Shown: positions 36,138 to 36,245 of the stretch, in pieces
How the letters are laid out: each line of letters begins with the position of its first letter
How positions within the stretch are numbered: position 1 is the first letter of the stretch
Origin: Saprolegnia diclina VS20
Taxonomy: Eukaryota
NCBI RefSeq assembly: GCF_000281045.1
Contig: NW_008246092.1
Location: 270,853 to 307,097 of the forward strand
Length of the DNA stretch: 36,245 nucleotides
Direction: 5' to 3'
Program-made: the position numbers and the translations under genes
The notes under the pieces: model-generated
The model's database searches: none
What the model saw: only the letters and a program-made list of their open reading frames with translations
What the model was told of the DNA's origin: nothing

Positions 36138-36245
36138 TTAGGGCTTGGCGGCTTCGTTCATCTGATCGGCCTGGATCGCCGTGATGGCGATCGTTGTGAC
36201 AATGTCGCCGACCGTCGCGCCGCGGCTGAGGTCGTTGACGGGCTT
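36138..36245 (-). CDS. pta: Phosphate acetyltransferase (phosphotransacetylase), C-terminal 35 aa; gene enters from the right edge
   Basis: The reverse strand reads [39 protein letters not shown] (TAA 36138-36140). KPVNDLSRG...DIV...AITAIQA is the conserved Pta C-terminus. Absent from the ORF track. Confidence 0.88.
   Translation of the reverse strand, partial: KPVNDLSRGATVGDIVTTIAITAIQADQMNEAAKP

Overview
Gene-dense, GC-rich eukaryotic DNA with very short (about 39-58 nt) GT-AG introns. Gene content (axonemal dynein, kinesin-9, P4-ATPase-cyclase chimera, phosphotransacetylase, a CX6CX15CX2H protein) and intron size suggest a flagellated oomycete, probably Saprolegniales (inference). The ORF track fragments most genes, so I spliced them by hand. 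In order: 5' part of an axonemal dynein heavy chain (-), small putative zinc-finger regulator (+), STRAP WD40 (+), RIIa-domain/2xEF-hand protein (-), PPR-like protein (+), Rab5-related GTPase (+), CCP5/AGBL5 deglutamylase (+), kinesin-9 (-), RlmD/TrmA-type RNA methyltransferase (+), Cys-type SelO (+), two tandem secreted beta-propeller lactonases (-), an 8.6 kb P4-ATPase-guanylyl cyclase fusion (+), CEBPZ/Mak21 (+), and the 3' end of a phosphate acetyltransferase (-) missed by the ORF track. The most notable element is the intact flippase-cyclase chimera with alveolate-type swapped catalytic domains. It lies among several flagellar genes, two of which have X-box-like palindromes upstream. No rRNA, tRNA, CRISPR or intact mobile element was seen. 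All family assignments come from motif recognition, not database searches.
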